Assembly (NCBI GenBank): GCA_016932965.1
Contig: JAFGBW010000103.1
Coordinates: 2,615-66,614 of the forward strand
Length of the DNA stretch: 64,000 nt
DNA from: Candidatus Auribacterota bacterium
GTDB taxonomy: Bacteria; Auribacterota; JAFGBW01
Direction: 5' to 3'
Shown here: positions 9,792 through 18,852 of the stretch, one piece after another
How the letters are laid out: each line of letters begins with the position of its first letter
How positions within the stretch are numbered: the first letter of the stretch is position 1
Translations under genes and position numbers: made by a program
Notes under the pieces: model-generated
Told to the model about the DNA's origin: nothing
Seen by the model: the letters and a program-made list of their open reading frames with translations, nothing else
Database searches by the model: none

Positions 9792-11543
9792 TTGAATTTC
9801 ACCGTGCGAAAAGTTTTATTTCTTATTCTGCTTTCGTTGTCGCTTCGTTTTATCCATTTGATTGAACTGGATTATTCCGTCCTGGCGAATCATTTAACCG
9901 GGGATGAGATCACGCACAAACAATGGGCCTCTGATGTGCTGCATGGCAGAATAAAGGAACTGGTTCCTTTTTTTCGCGCTCCTCTCTATGGTTTTTTTCT
10001 CGCTTGGATCATCAACATTTCAAACGGAACTTTGTATGCCATCCGTTTTTTTCAACAGGTCATTGGAACAGCAACAGTCGTCATGAGTTTTCTCATCGGA
10101 TTGGAATTGTTCTCCCCTCTTGTTGCTCTGACGGCCGGACTGATTCTGGCCTCATATCCTTTGCTGATGTATTTTGAAGGGTTTTTGTTCCTGGAAAATC
10201 TTTATCTTTTTTTTGTCATGGCAGGGATTTTATTTTTCGTTCGTGCCATCAAGTATAAGCAGTTCAAGTGGACAGGAGGATCGGCTCTTTTTTTAAGTGC
10301 TGCCGCCTTGACCAGGCCCAATATATTATTTTTCATTCCTTTTGTTTTTCTGGCCTTCATCAAGGAGTCTCTGCCAAAAAAACAGATACTGGGTTTTAGC
10401 TTTTTTTTACTCCTCATGATATGTCCGGTGACTCTTGTTAATGACTGGTATGGGAAAGGATTCTGCCTCATTTCCACTCAGGGGGGGATCAATTTTTATG
10501 CGGGGAACAGCCTTGCATCCGATGGAATTATCCCGTGCGTTCCAAATTCGTCACTCTCTGATCAGGAGTTAACAGCCAGATGCTCTTTTTTGAAAAAGAC
10601 CGCATGGAATGTGGATAATCTATGGCAGGTCTCACAAATCATCCCCAATATCGGAAATGATAAACAGCTATCGGAAATCGAAGTATCAGGATGGTGGTAC
10701 AAAAAGACGCTTGAAGAAATCCGGTCCGATATTCCGTTGTTTTTAAAAAGGCTTGCCAGAAAATTCCTGTTTTTGGTCGGTTCCTATGAACCTCCTAATA
10801 ATACGGACCCTGGTTATGCCATGGGCCGGTTTTTCCCTTTATTAAGAGGGTTGAGCCGGGTAATTAATTTTTGTATTCTCTGGGTTTTTTTCCTTCCAGG
10901 CTGCTTTCTTGCATGGAAGCTCTATCCCCGTTCGAGATGGTTGTTGCTCTATCTGATATCCATGAGCGCTGTGATTCTGGCTTTTTTTGTAAACGCAAGA
11001 TTCCGTGTTCAATTGATCCCTGTGATGGCCTTGTTTTCGGCGGTTTTTATTGAATGGCTGATGAAGAAAAAAGGGCTTTTTTCCATTTCAGCCTTGCTGA
11101 TACCGGTCATGGTGGTCACGGCTGTTGTTTTTTCCCAGCTATTCCGGCTTTATCCGGAAACCAGTCAGATCAGGTCATCCAAAGCCTTGTTTCATAATTC
11201 CCTTTCCCTGGCTTATCTGGATCATCAGCAAAGCGATAAGGCTTTGGATGAGATCAATGCTGCTCTGCGCCTTCATACAGGCGAGGAATTTATTTTTCTT
11301 CATACCCTTTCGGTCATTCAGTCGCGGTATCTCAATAAACCAGATGAAGCGATCCGCTCACTAGAAAAATCGGTTGAATTATGCGAGCATCCGGTCTCAC
11401 TTTTTGATCTGGCTTCTCTTTATTATCAGAGAGGCCTAAACGATCCATGCCTGAATGCATTGAATCGGCTGCTGCTTCTGGCACCGGATCATTCGCGTGC
11501 TCGGGAGTTAAAAGAAAAAGTAGTCCGGGAAGATAGGGGGTAG
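9792..11543 (+). CDS. GT-C membrane glycosyltransferase with C-terminal TPR repeats (TMTC-like architecture)
   Basis: 583 aa; more than 10 TM helices followed by a TPR-like helical repeat region (LSLAYLDHQQSDKALDEINAALRL...). Confidence 0.5.
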   Translation: MNFTVRKVLFLILLSLSLRFIHLIELDYSVLANHLTGDEITHKQWASDVLHGRIKELVPFFRAPLYGFFLAWIINISNGTLYAIRFFQQVIGTATVVMSFLIGLELFSPLVALTAGLILASYPLLMYFEGFLFLENLYLFFVMAGILFFVRAIKYKQFKWTGGSALFLSAAALTRPNILFFIPFVFLAFIKESLPKKQILGFSFFLLLMICPVTLVNDWYGKGFCLISTQGGINFYAGNSLASDGIIPCVPNSSLSDQELTARCSFLKKTAWNVDNLWQVSQIIPNIGNDKQLSEIEVSGWWYKKTLEEIRSDIPLFLKRLARKFLFLVGSYEPPNNTDPGYAMGRFFPLLRGLSRVINFCILWVFFLPGCFLAWKLYPRSRWLLLYLISMSAVILAFFVNARFRVQLIPVMALFSAVFIEWLMKKKGLFSISALLIPVMVVTAVVFSQLFRLYPETSQIRSSKALFHNSLSLAYLDHQQSDKALDEINAALRLHTGEEFIFLHTLSVIQSRYLNKPDEAIRSLEKSVELCEHPVSLFDLASLYYQRGLNDPCLNALNRLLLLAPDHSRARELKEKVVREDRG

Positions 11544-11550
11544 AATGGGT

Positions 11551-13149
11551 TCATGCTCTGTCCGGATTTGTATCCCGGCCTGGCTTGTTTTCTTCCATGT
11601 CTTTTATAATCCTTCTGGCAGTCGGAGAAGGGATTTTTTTTACAAAGTCCGCAAAATCCTTCCAGTCTTTTTCGGAAAGGAACCTTTCTCCGTGGCTCCC
11701 CTTATTGGCTTCTTTCAAAGCCTGGTAATAGGACCAGAAATCGTCTTCATTTTTGACCAAACCTGAAACAAGGCAGAGCACATCATAATAATAAGGGATA
11801 TAATTCTCAGTAAGGGTAACAGGCGTCGTTTTGAAGAAATTCAATAAATCCACACTCCTGTTTCCATCCAGAAGGGCGCAGGTCATGTTCCATAACGCGG
11901 TGGGGTGGTTCGTTTTTTCCCATGTTTTCTGCCACAGAAGCGCCGGATCTTTCCATTCCTGATTCCGGTTGAATCCGGTTAAATATATAACGGAAAGCAG
12001 CAGCAAACACAATCGGCGCATGAGAGGGGTTGAAAAAAATATCACAAGGCTTTTTTCCCTGCTGATGATCATGAAGACAGACAGGAGCCCAATGAGGGAG
12101 GGAAAATAAAATAGCCGGTCATTGATAAATGTATTGATGGGAATGAGGTTCACAATCGGCAGGGTTGAAATCAAAAATGCACCCGGGTAAATCCAGGTTT
12201 CGTTTTTCCTGATAAATACCGTGATGGTATAGGCAAGTATCGCGGCAAATAGAGCGAGGCTGATGATCAGTCCCGGCAATCCTTCTTGAGGCAGATATAA
12301 AAGCGACAAGTTCAGCGGAAAAAAGAAATAGAACAGGTAATAAAAAAGTGTCTGCAGGATATAGATGAAATGATCCGGGAGAGAAGTGATCTCTCTTTGT
12401 GCCAGCATGCCGACTGCGGCCTCTCTCTGGATTAAGTAGAGCACGGAAAGCATGAGTAAAGCCAGGGCTTGAAGAGTAGAGAATTTATTTCTGAAAAGAA
12501 TCCATAAAATGACCGGGCATGTGATGAATATTTCCTTGCACAACATCGCAAGATAGCAGGCCAAAAGGATGAAAAACATCCTGCCGTGATGAATGTTTCC
12601 GGAGGTATTTCGGATCTGTCTGAAAGCTAAAAGAAAAAGCAGTGTTCCCATCATGTCGCCGCAGCCGTTGATGGTATTGATGTTTTCGAGATGAATGGGA
12701 TGAAATAAGAAAAGAAAAGAAAAAAAGAAAGACAGAAACAGGCCTTGATTCAATGCAACGGCCTGTTTTCTTAATGTCAGCCAGAAGAAAAAACTCACTG
12801 TAAAATGCCAGATGATGTTGAAAAAGTGGAATGTGATTTCGGATTTTCCGAAAAAATACGTCAGAAGAATGAAGTAGATGGTCCGTAATGGGCGAAAAAT
12901 ATGTTTATCAAATCCCTGTTCAGTGCCGGATGTAATGCCCTGGTCGGTGAAGACGTTGGAAATCTGGCCGCAGTCATTTAAATAAGGATTGTCTTTGATC
13001 AAGTAATAGTCATCCCAGAAATAAGATAAACTAAGAGAAGGGGCAAAAAAGAAGTAAATGGCAGAAGATAAAATAACGATAACACTAAAAGAGAGAGCCC
13101 CTTTTTTTATCCGGTCCGCATGGATTCTTTTCCAATTTTCAATTTTCAA
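11551..13149 (-). CDS. GT-C-like polytopic membrane protein with C-terminal helical (TPR-like) tail
   Basis: 532 aa; polytopic N-terminus and soluble C-terminal tail; start is TTG embedded in a heptamer tandem repeat; convergent with the previous gene (7-bp gap). Confidence 0.4.
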   Translation of the reverse strand: MKIENWKRIHADRIKKGALSFSVIVILSSAIYFFFAPSLSLSYFWDDYYLIKDNPYLNDCGQISNVFTDQGITSGTEQGFDKHIFRPLRTIYFILLTYFFGKSEITFHFFNIIWHFTVSFFFWLTLRKQAVALNQGLFLSFFFSFLFLFHPIHLENINTINGCGDMMGTLLFLLAFRQIRNTSGNIHHGRMFFILLACYLAMLCKEIFITCPVILWILFRNKFSTLQALALLMLSVLYLIQREAAVGMLAQREITSLPDHFIYILQTLFYYLFYFFFPLNLSLLYLPQEGLPGLIISLALFAAILAYTITVFIRKNETWIYPGAFLISTLPIVNLIPINTFINDRLFYFPSLIGLLSVFMIISREKSLVIFFSTPLMRRLCLLLLSVIYLTGFNRNQEWKDPALLWQKTWEKTNHPTALWNMTCALLDGNRSVDLLNFFKTTPVTLTENYIPYYYDVLCLVSGLVKNEDDFWSYYQALKEANKGSHGERFLSEKDWKDFADFVKKIPSPTARRIIKDMEENKPGRDTNPDRA

Positions 13150-13170
13150 TTTTCAGTTCTCGATTAAATT
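13131..13170 (-). repeat. heptanucleotide tandem repeat (AATTGAA/AATCGAG units, minus-strand reading)
   Basis: Plus strand CCAATTTTCAATTTTCAATTTTCAGTTCTCGATTAAATTG; reverse complement is AATCGAG-AACTGAA-AATTGAA-AATTGAA-AATTGG; overlaps the TTG start of the gene ending at 13149. Confidence 0.55.
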
Positions 13171-13203
13171 GTTTGCAATCCGGACTGATCCGCGATTTGC
13201 TTG

Positions 13204-15573
13204 TCAGATTTCTTCCAGGAAGCGGTATATTTCCTGTGCTTCGATTTTAAACATGTTTTTTGCGGCTGAAAATTCCAGGACAGGCAGATCATCGGTGTGA
13301 ATCGGACCCGGCTGAATTTTGGTTTTGATCCTTTCTCCTGTCTGAATACGAAACCGGTTGAATTCCTCGAATGTTCCTGCCCCGATCTGATTCATTTCCT
13401 TTTTGTAATATAAATTCTGCATGATCGAATCGTATTTTTCTCTGATGAGAGGGGATTTTTTCTTTTTCCATCCGACCAGAAAAACGTCTCCGTAATTGAA
13501 TGAACCCCAGATTTCGAATGTCGGAAACACGGAGGAAAAGGTTCTCAGCGCGGTCTGGAAATCATCCAACGAGAGCTTATAAACATGAATCCACTGGACA
13601 AGGACTCCCTTTTCAGTGAGAAGATGCTTGCAATCCTGGAAATATTCTCGTGTGAATAAATGCGCCACTCCTGAAACCCAGATGTTGGAGGGTTCTGCGG
13701 ATATAAAATCATATTTTTCCTTTTGCATCCGTATGTATCTTCTGGCATCTCCCAGAATCAGATGGATATTTTTAGATTGCAGCGCAGATAAATTGAAAGG
13801 TTCAAAAAAAGGCGATGCCTCCATGACGGCTTTTTCTATTTCGAGGCAGTCGAGATGCTGCACATGCCGGCAGAGAATCCCGGCGGTCACCCCGCTGCCG
13901 TAACCTACCACCAGGCCCCTTTCCATGCGGTTGCTCAGCATCAGAGGTAATAATGCAAGAAAAGACTGGGTGGGCATGTCACTTTCGAAAAAATCACCAA
14001 CGGAAGCATCCACTTTTCCGTCAATGACCAAGGCGGTGTTGAGATTGCTTTTAAGCACCGCTACGGAACTGATCAGTCCGTGCTTGCACCATAATGTTTT
14101 GGATGCTGTTTTGCTTTTTTTATTTTTTTTGGCATATTGATAATGAGGATTGTCGCTTAAATATCGGGGATTTTGTTGAACCACGCCTGAGTATGTGCCG
14201 GAATAGAACCCGGTTAAGATATCCTCTTTTTGGGAAAGAGAAAATTGTTTCCATAGAAAGAAAATGCCGAGAATAAAAAGCAGGTGATTGGTTGTGAGTT
14301 TTTTGCCAAAAGGAACGGGGGCAACCAGAATCATGATGACCCAATGTATGGCCGCAGCGATCCATATGGCCTTAAACGGGCCTGTTTTCGCCATGAACCA
14401 AAAACCAGTCGATAGGGCGCCTGCTATAGCTCCCAGGGTATTCACGCAGTATGCCAATCCCACGCTTTTTTCGTCAGGCTCGCCTTTTTTCGGAACCAAA
14501 GAGCAAAGCAATGGAAAAGAAGCTCCGATGAAAAAGGCAGAAGGAGCCATGATCATAAAAAGAAGGATGAATTCAGCCAAAATGACTTTCCAGTAGATGC
14601 CGTGCGTATACTCAAAGAGAGCCTGGGTGATGAGGGGAATACGCAATGCAAAAAAAATGAAAATGGAGGCAGCCAGAAAAATTTTTGTCTGAAGATCGCT
14701 TAAGATCATTTTCTGTTCTACGGTATCAGTGCCGGTTTTACGTTTGATCCATGCGGCCCCCAGTCCAAGCCCCAGAAGAAAAGTGAACAGGATCAGAGAA
14801 AAGGTATAGGTCGAGGAACCGAAAGAAAAATTCAGCGCCCTGCTCCAGGTTATTTCATAAAGCATGGTGCAAAATCCCGCGAGAAAAAGACCGGCGAGGA
14901 TTTTTACGTTGACCGCTTGACTATCTGAAGACCGGGAAATGAGACGTTCGGAAGAGGAGGTGTTTTCCCGTATTTTTAGAAAGAGGAAAAAGAGGAATAA
15001 ATTGACTGAAACAGCTATACCCAGGGTATGCTGCAGGCCTATGCGACTGATTAAAAAATAACCGGAGACAAGGATGCCTGTCACGGCGCCAAACGTGTTG
15101 ATCACGTACAGGTTGGAAAGAATGCGCAAAGGGGGATTTTCTTTCTCATGGAGGAAAGACTTATACAACACAGGGAAAGTGCCTCCCATGGCAACGGTAG
15201 GGGGCAAGATACAGAGAGTGCAGATCAGCAGTTTGAACCCAAAATCCAGAAAGTCGTTTTGAAGACAGAACTGATGAGCAAAAGGGAGAAAGTAGATGGA
15301 AAATAGTCCGAAAAATCCAACCAGACCTTCTAATAATCCATAACAGAACAAGGGCCTTTTGGAGAACGGCATATGGTTTCCAATCCATATTGATCCTGCT
15401 GCCAATCCTCCCATAAACAGTCCCAGAACAATGCTTTGGGCATATACCGTGGCCCCGAAAATGAGTGCAAGCATTCTGGACCAGACGACTTCATAGATGA
15501 GAGCTGCGAATCCGGAAAGGAAAAATGCTGTGAAAATGAGAGGAACACGTTTCATAGTGTCAAACCTTATCAA
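13204..15573 (-). CDS. membrane-anchored spermidine synthase-like protein (MFS-like N-terminal domain fused to polyamine aminopropyltransferase domain)
   Basis: 789 aa; about 12 TM helices N-terminal; C-terminal VGYGSGVTAG...LDCLEIEKAVMEAS resembles the SAM/dcSAM-binding core of spermidine synthase. Confidence 0.6.
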   Translation of the reverse strand: MIRFDTMKRVPLIFTAFFLSGFAALIYEVVWSRMLALIFGATVYAQSIVLGLFMGGLAAGSIWIGNHMPFSKRPLFCYGLLEGLVGFFGLFSIYFLPFAHQFCLQNDFLDFGFKLLICTLCILPPTVAMGGTFPVLYKSFLHEKENPPLRILSNLYVINTFGAVTGILVSGYFLISRIGLQHTLGIAVSVNLFLFFLFLKIRENTSSSERLISRSSDSQAVNVKILAGLFLAGFCTMLYEITWSRALNFSFGSSTYTFSLILFTFLLGLGLGAAWIKRKTGTDTVEQKMILSDLQTKIFLAASIFIFFALRIPLITQALFEYTHGIYWKVILAEFILLFMIMAPSAFFIGASFPLLCSLVPKKGEPDEKSVGLAYCVNTLGAIAGALSTGFWFMAKTGPFKAIWIAAAIHWVIMILVAPVPFGKKLTTNHLLFILGIFFLWKQFSLSQKEDILTGFYSGTYSGVVQQNPRYLSDNPHYQYAKKNKKSKTASKTLWCKHGLISSVAVLKSNLNTALVIDGKVDASVGDFFESDMPTQSFLALLPLMLSNRMERGLVVGYGSGVTAGILCRHVQHLDCLEIEKAVMEASPFFEPFNLSALQSKNIHLILGDARRYIRMQKEKYDFISAEPSNIWVSGVAHLFTREYFQDCKHLLTEKGVLVQWIHVYKLSLDDFQTALRTFSSVFPTFEIWGSFNYGDVFLVGWKKKKSPLIREKYDSIMQNLYYKKEMNQIGAGTFEEFNRFRIQTGERIKTKIQPGPIHTDDLPVLEFSAAKNMFKIEAQEIYRFLEEI

Positions 15574-15690
15574 TTGAGATCATTTCAAACAAGCATGAAG
15601 GAGTTAAAATCACTCGTGTCCGGTTTATTCTTTATCTGGAGATGACATTCATCATCAATGGCTTTAATTCATTTAATGTGTTTTTGAATT

Positions 15691-15716
15691 CAGGATCGAG
15701 AATCGAGAATTGTTCC
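15691..15716 (+). repeat. heptanucleotide tandem repeat (GATCGAG-AATCGAG-AATTG)
   Basis: CAGGATCGAGAATCGAGAATTGTTCC in the divergent intergenic region. Confidence 0.5.
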
Positions 15717-15984
15717 GGCCCTCGGCCTCCATCCCTAACGGGAGTCCGAACGATAAGGGTGAAGCGTGAAGCAATCTTATGTCCGGCTTTGTTTTATTTT
15801 TAATCAGGCCCTATATTTTATAGTTTTTCATGCTATTTCTTTTATTTTAAACCGGACATTGATGAGTTAAAATATAATTATCGTGTCTTTTGTTCTCCAA
15901 ATCAGCTAAAGTCAGTTTTGGACTATTGGCTCATCATACAAAAACCTGCTGACATGCTGGCGGAACGATTTTGTTGCAGTAGAA

Positions 15985-17469
15985 ATGAAAAGAATATCAA
16001 CATGGATTATCTGGATCGTATGCCTGGGATTGGCATGGAGCATTTTTTCTCCATCCAAACACTCTGTTCATTTGCCGAGCCAGACTAACCGATACCTGAT
16101 AGGGGCCTACTATTATCTCTGGTATCCGAAAAATTTTACCAAATACGGTTATCTCAGGAAAATGCTGGATCCTCCCCAGACTCCGCTGTTAGGTGTTTAC
16201 GATTCATCAAAAATCGAGGTGGCGGAACAGCATATTGCATGGTGTTCCCAGTATGGAATTGATTTTTTAGCATTGAACTGGTGGCCAACTCGCCCCGAAC
16301 AAAATCGATGCATTGAGGACAGTTTTTTAAAAGCCAAAAACATTAAGGACATCCGATTCTGTATTTTTTATGAAGCCTGGAATTTAAATTGGGATCCCAA
16401 AACAGCCACCACTGTTTTTACGGACCAGACCATAGAGAAATTGATTCGTGATTTTTCAGACATGGCTGATTCATATTTCTATCATCCGTCTTATTTGAGG
16501 ATCCAGGGTAGGCCGGTTGTGATACTGTATCTCACAAGGACGTTTACAGGGAGATACCATCAAGCCATTGCTCGTCTCAGATCCGAAATAAATAAAAAAG
16601 GATGGAATCTTTTTCTCATAGGAGACGAAGTTTTTTGGGATGCCATTTCGGAGAGGATTTTTCGCCCGCCTTGTCTTTCGGTCAAACCGCAAAGTAACCG
16701 GGTGAGACTTTTTGATGCTGTGACGGCGTACAATATGTATGAACATGGTAAAAAAGAATATGCCGGGTATGGTTCCCAAACGAGGTTTTTAAAGGATGTG
16801 GCGGAAAAATATCGAGAATATTTTTCTTTATTCAGGAATAAAGTCGGTTTCGTTCCCAACGTGATTCCGGGCTACAACGACCGGGGGGTCAGAAGGGTCA
16901 GCGATCATTTTGTTATTCCGAGACAATATGATTTGGGAGGGAAAGAGGCGTCTTTTCTCCTGGAGAATATCGTTCAGACGGTTCTCCCTTACGTGGATCC
17001 TCGTTTGAACATGGTTTTAATCACGTCATGGAATGAATGGAATGAGGACACGGCCATCGAGCCCCTTCTTTTAAGCGGGACGACTTCGAAGGATCAAAGT
17101 CCAAGCGGGACTCTTTTTACCCAGGGTTTTTCTTACAGCGGCCACGGCACCGTTTATCTTGAGATGGTTCGGGACCAGTTTGTGGCTGTCTATGGCCGCG
17201 TGATGGATATCCACGGACAGCCGGTTCCCGGAATTTCGGTCGTTGCCTTCAAGAATCGACGGATCATGGCCAGGGACAGGTCTGATTCAAACGGATATTA
17301 CAGGCTTTCAAGGCTTCATCTACACGAGGGGAACTATCGTGTCTGCCCTGAAAGGTATCCAAAAAAAGACAAACAGGTCGTCATTGTTCCTGAGAAGGCG
17401 GTTTGTCAGGATTTCACTTTAGATTATCAATCTATCCTCTTGAGGGATGCATCCCTGGTGTCAGGCTGA
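15985..17469 (+). CDS. secreted glycoside hydrolase-like protein (GH99/GH71-like TIM barrel) with C-terminal carboxypeptidase-regulatory-like beta-sandwich
   Basis: 494 aa; signal peptide; YYYLWYP...PLLGVYDSS...IDFLALNWWP resembles the GH99 endo-mannosidase N-terminus; C-terminal GRVMDIHGQPVPGISVV...DSNGYYRL is a CarbopepD_reg-like motif. Confidence 0.35.
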   Translation: MKRISTWIIWIVCLGLAWSIFSPSKHSVHLPSQTNRYLIGAYYYLWYPKNFTKYGYLRKMLDPPQTPLLGVYDSSKIEVAEQHIAWCSQYGIDFLALNWWPTRPEQNRCIEDSFLKAKNIKDIRFCIFYEAWNLNWDPKTATTVFTDQTIEKLIRDFSDMADSYFYHPSYLRIQGRPVVILYLTRTFTGRYHQAIARLRSEINKKGWNLFLIGDEVFWDAISERIFRPPCLSVKPQSNRVRLFDAVTAYNMYEHGKKEYAGYGSQTRFLKDVAEKYREYFSLFRNKVGFVPNVIPGYNDRGVRRVSDHFVIPRQYDLGGKEASFLLENIVQTVLPYVDPRLNMVLITSWNEWNEDTAIEPLLLSGTTSKDQSPSGTLFTQGFSYSGHGTVYLEMVRDQFVAVYGRVMDIHGQPVPGISVVAFKNRRIMARDRSDSNGYYRLSRLHLHEGNYRVCPERYPKKDKQVVIVPEKAVCQDFTLDYQSILLRDASLVSG

Positions 17470-17661
17470 CAAATCCGTCATTTTTATATTTTGCTGTACA
17501 TCTTTGAACAGTATTTTTCCCATGGGGGAATGACTTGGATTCCGAGTTATCCCTTTATCATTCAAGATGATACGGATTCATTTCAATGAAATAATCAGTT
17601 GGCATCTGTTGTGCGTTTCTTTCCCTTCACTAATGAATCAATTCACCAGGAGGAAAAAGAA

Positions 17662-18021
17662 ATGCCGGATAAATTATCGAAAAAAATCGAATTGGAAATC
17701 GAACACGAACCCCGTATCATTGATCTCATCAGGTTGTATCATCAGATCAAAGAACAGTTTGAACTTCCTTTGATCACCTTGGAATCGATTTTTTACATTC
17801 TATTCGTAGAAAAGTATTCTTTGATACAGAAAATGATAGAAATCGCAAAATTACTGATCGTCTCCAAGGAAGAAGAAATGAATTTGAAGCTGGTCAACAA
17901 AACACAGCAAACGATTTGTGAAATTGTGAGTCATACCAATCTGCACAGATTGAATTGTATCCGCGTGCTCCATTATTTTTCCGATCATACTCACGGTTTG
18001 ACTCAGATGATTTTTGTCTAA
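17662..18021 (+). CDS. hypothetical protein
   Basis: ORF 17599..18021; ATG at 17662 is preferred because it follows a strong RBS (caggaggaaaaagaaATG); no recognisable domain. Confidence 0.35.
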   Translation: MPDKLSKKIELEIEHEPRIIDLIRLYHQIKEQFELPLITLESIFYILFVEKYSLIQKMIEIAKLLIVSKEEEMNLKLVNKTQQTICEIVSHTNLHRLNCIRVLHYFSDHTHGLTQMIFV

Positions 18022-18196
18022 TCCTGAATGGTGAAGGGTTGATGGTTGCTAGTGGGTGGCTGTTAGTGAATAGTGAGGGGAATATATCTTGATTTATTAA
18101 CGCCTTAGAAAGAATTTAATACGGCTCCGGCAAATGAATACATGCATTTTAAAGGTCATTAGCCTGCGGGTATAACTGGAGCATATTTAAATATTT

Positions 18197-18540
18197 AATT
18201 AATCCGGTATATCACCGCCACAGGATTTGGACTAGCAAAGTTTGACAATTCCGTGAATGCTAAGAGGAATAATATCACCACAGAGAGGACACGGAGAGCA
18301 CGGAGAAATCATCATTGTGAGTTTTGAGGGTTTAGTTATGAATTGAATTGATCGAATTTCATTTGAATTTTGAAATTCAACACCTATAACTTTTTTTACC
18401 CTCCGTGCTCTCCGTGTCCTCTGTGGCAGAAAAAAAATGGAAATATTTTATACAGTATATTTCATTAAAATTGATCGCTTTGAGAGGTTCACATTTCAAG
18501 CCACCGGCTCTGCCGGTGGTAGTTGACTGCCCCAGTAATA
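18197..18540 (+). repeat. composite intergenic repeat element, copy A (5' module + 30-bp inverted-repeat hairpin + 3' module)
   Basis: 5' module TTAATTAATCCGGTA...GGATTTGGACTAGCAAAGTTTGACAAT (18197-18275). IR-L CACCACAGAGAGGACACGGAGAGCACGGAGA (18276-18306) and IR-R CCTCCGTGCTCTCCGTGTCCTCTGTGG (18399-18426) are near-perfect reverse complements around a roughly 93-bp loop. 3' module GCTTTGAGAGG...CCACCGGCTCTGCCGGTGG...AGTTGACTG is shared with copies B, C and E. Confidence 0.65.
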
Positions 18541-18852
18541 ATTTATCCTGTCTAAAAAATTTATATTCCCATTCCTCTGCGCCTCAGCGTCTCTGCGGGA
18601 GTCCTTCTTTATCTTGCGGGCGTATGCGACCAGTTCCTTTCTCCGTGTTCTGTCGTGAAAAATAGATATAAATCCAATGAGTCAGTAGAAATGTTTGCTC
18701 TTTATTATGATCTCATGAAATGCTTAGATGAGGAGGGGGGTAATTTTATTTTTGCGTTACGGGAAAAATTTTGCTTTTTATATCAGCAAATGGATTCATT
18801 TTTAGTGATAGGTTAATAAATTCAAGAGACATTAACCCGGAAGGATCAGAAC

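Noticed and set aside
18220-18250. Sigma-54 (-24/-12) promoter within the repeat 5' module (TTGGACTAGCAAAGTTTGACA)
   Set aside because: GG and the would-be GC are not spaced correctly and the -12 element reads TTGAC rather than TTGC; the TTGACA could instead be a sigma-70 -35 box, but no well-spaced -10 is conserved across copies, so no promoter is asserted.
18405-18665. ORFs lying inside repeat elements (18405..18665 +, 22582..22872 -, 52836..53018 -, 52960..53223 +)
   Set aside because: They overlap repeat modules present in non-coding context elsewhere, have no RBS or homology, and differ between copies by indels; they are treated as spurious.
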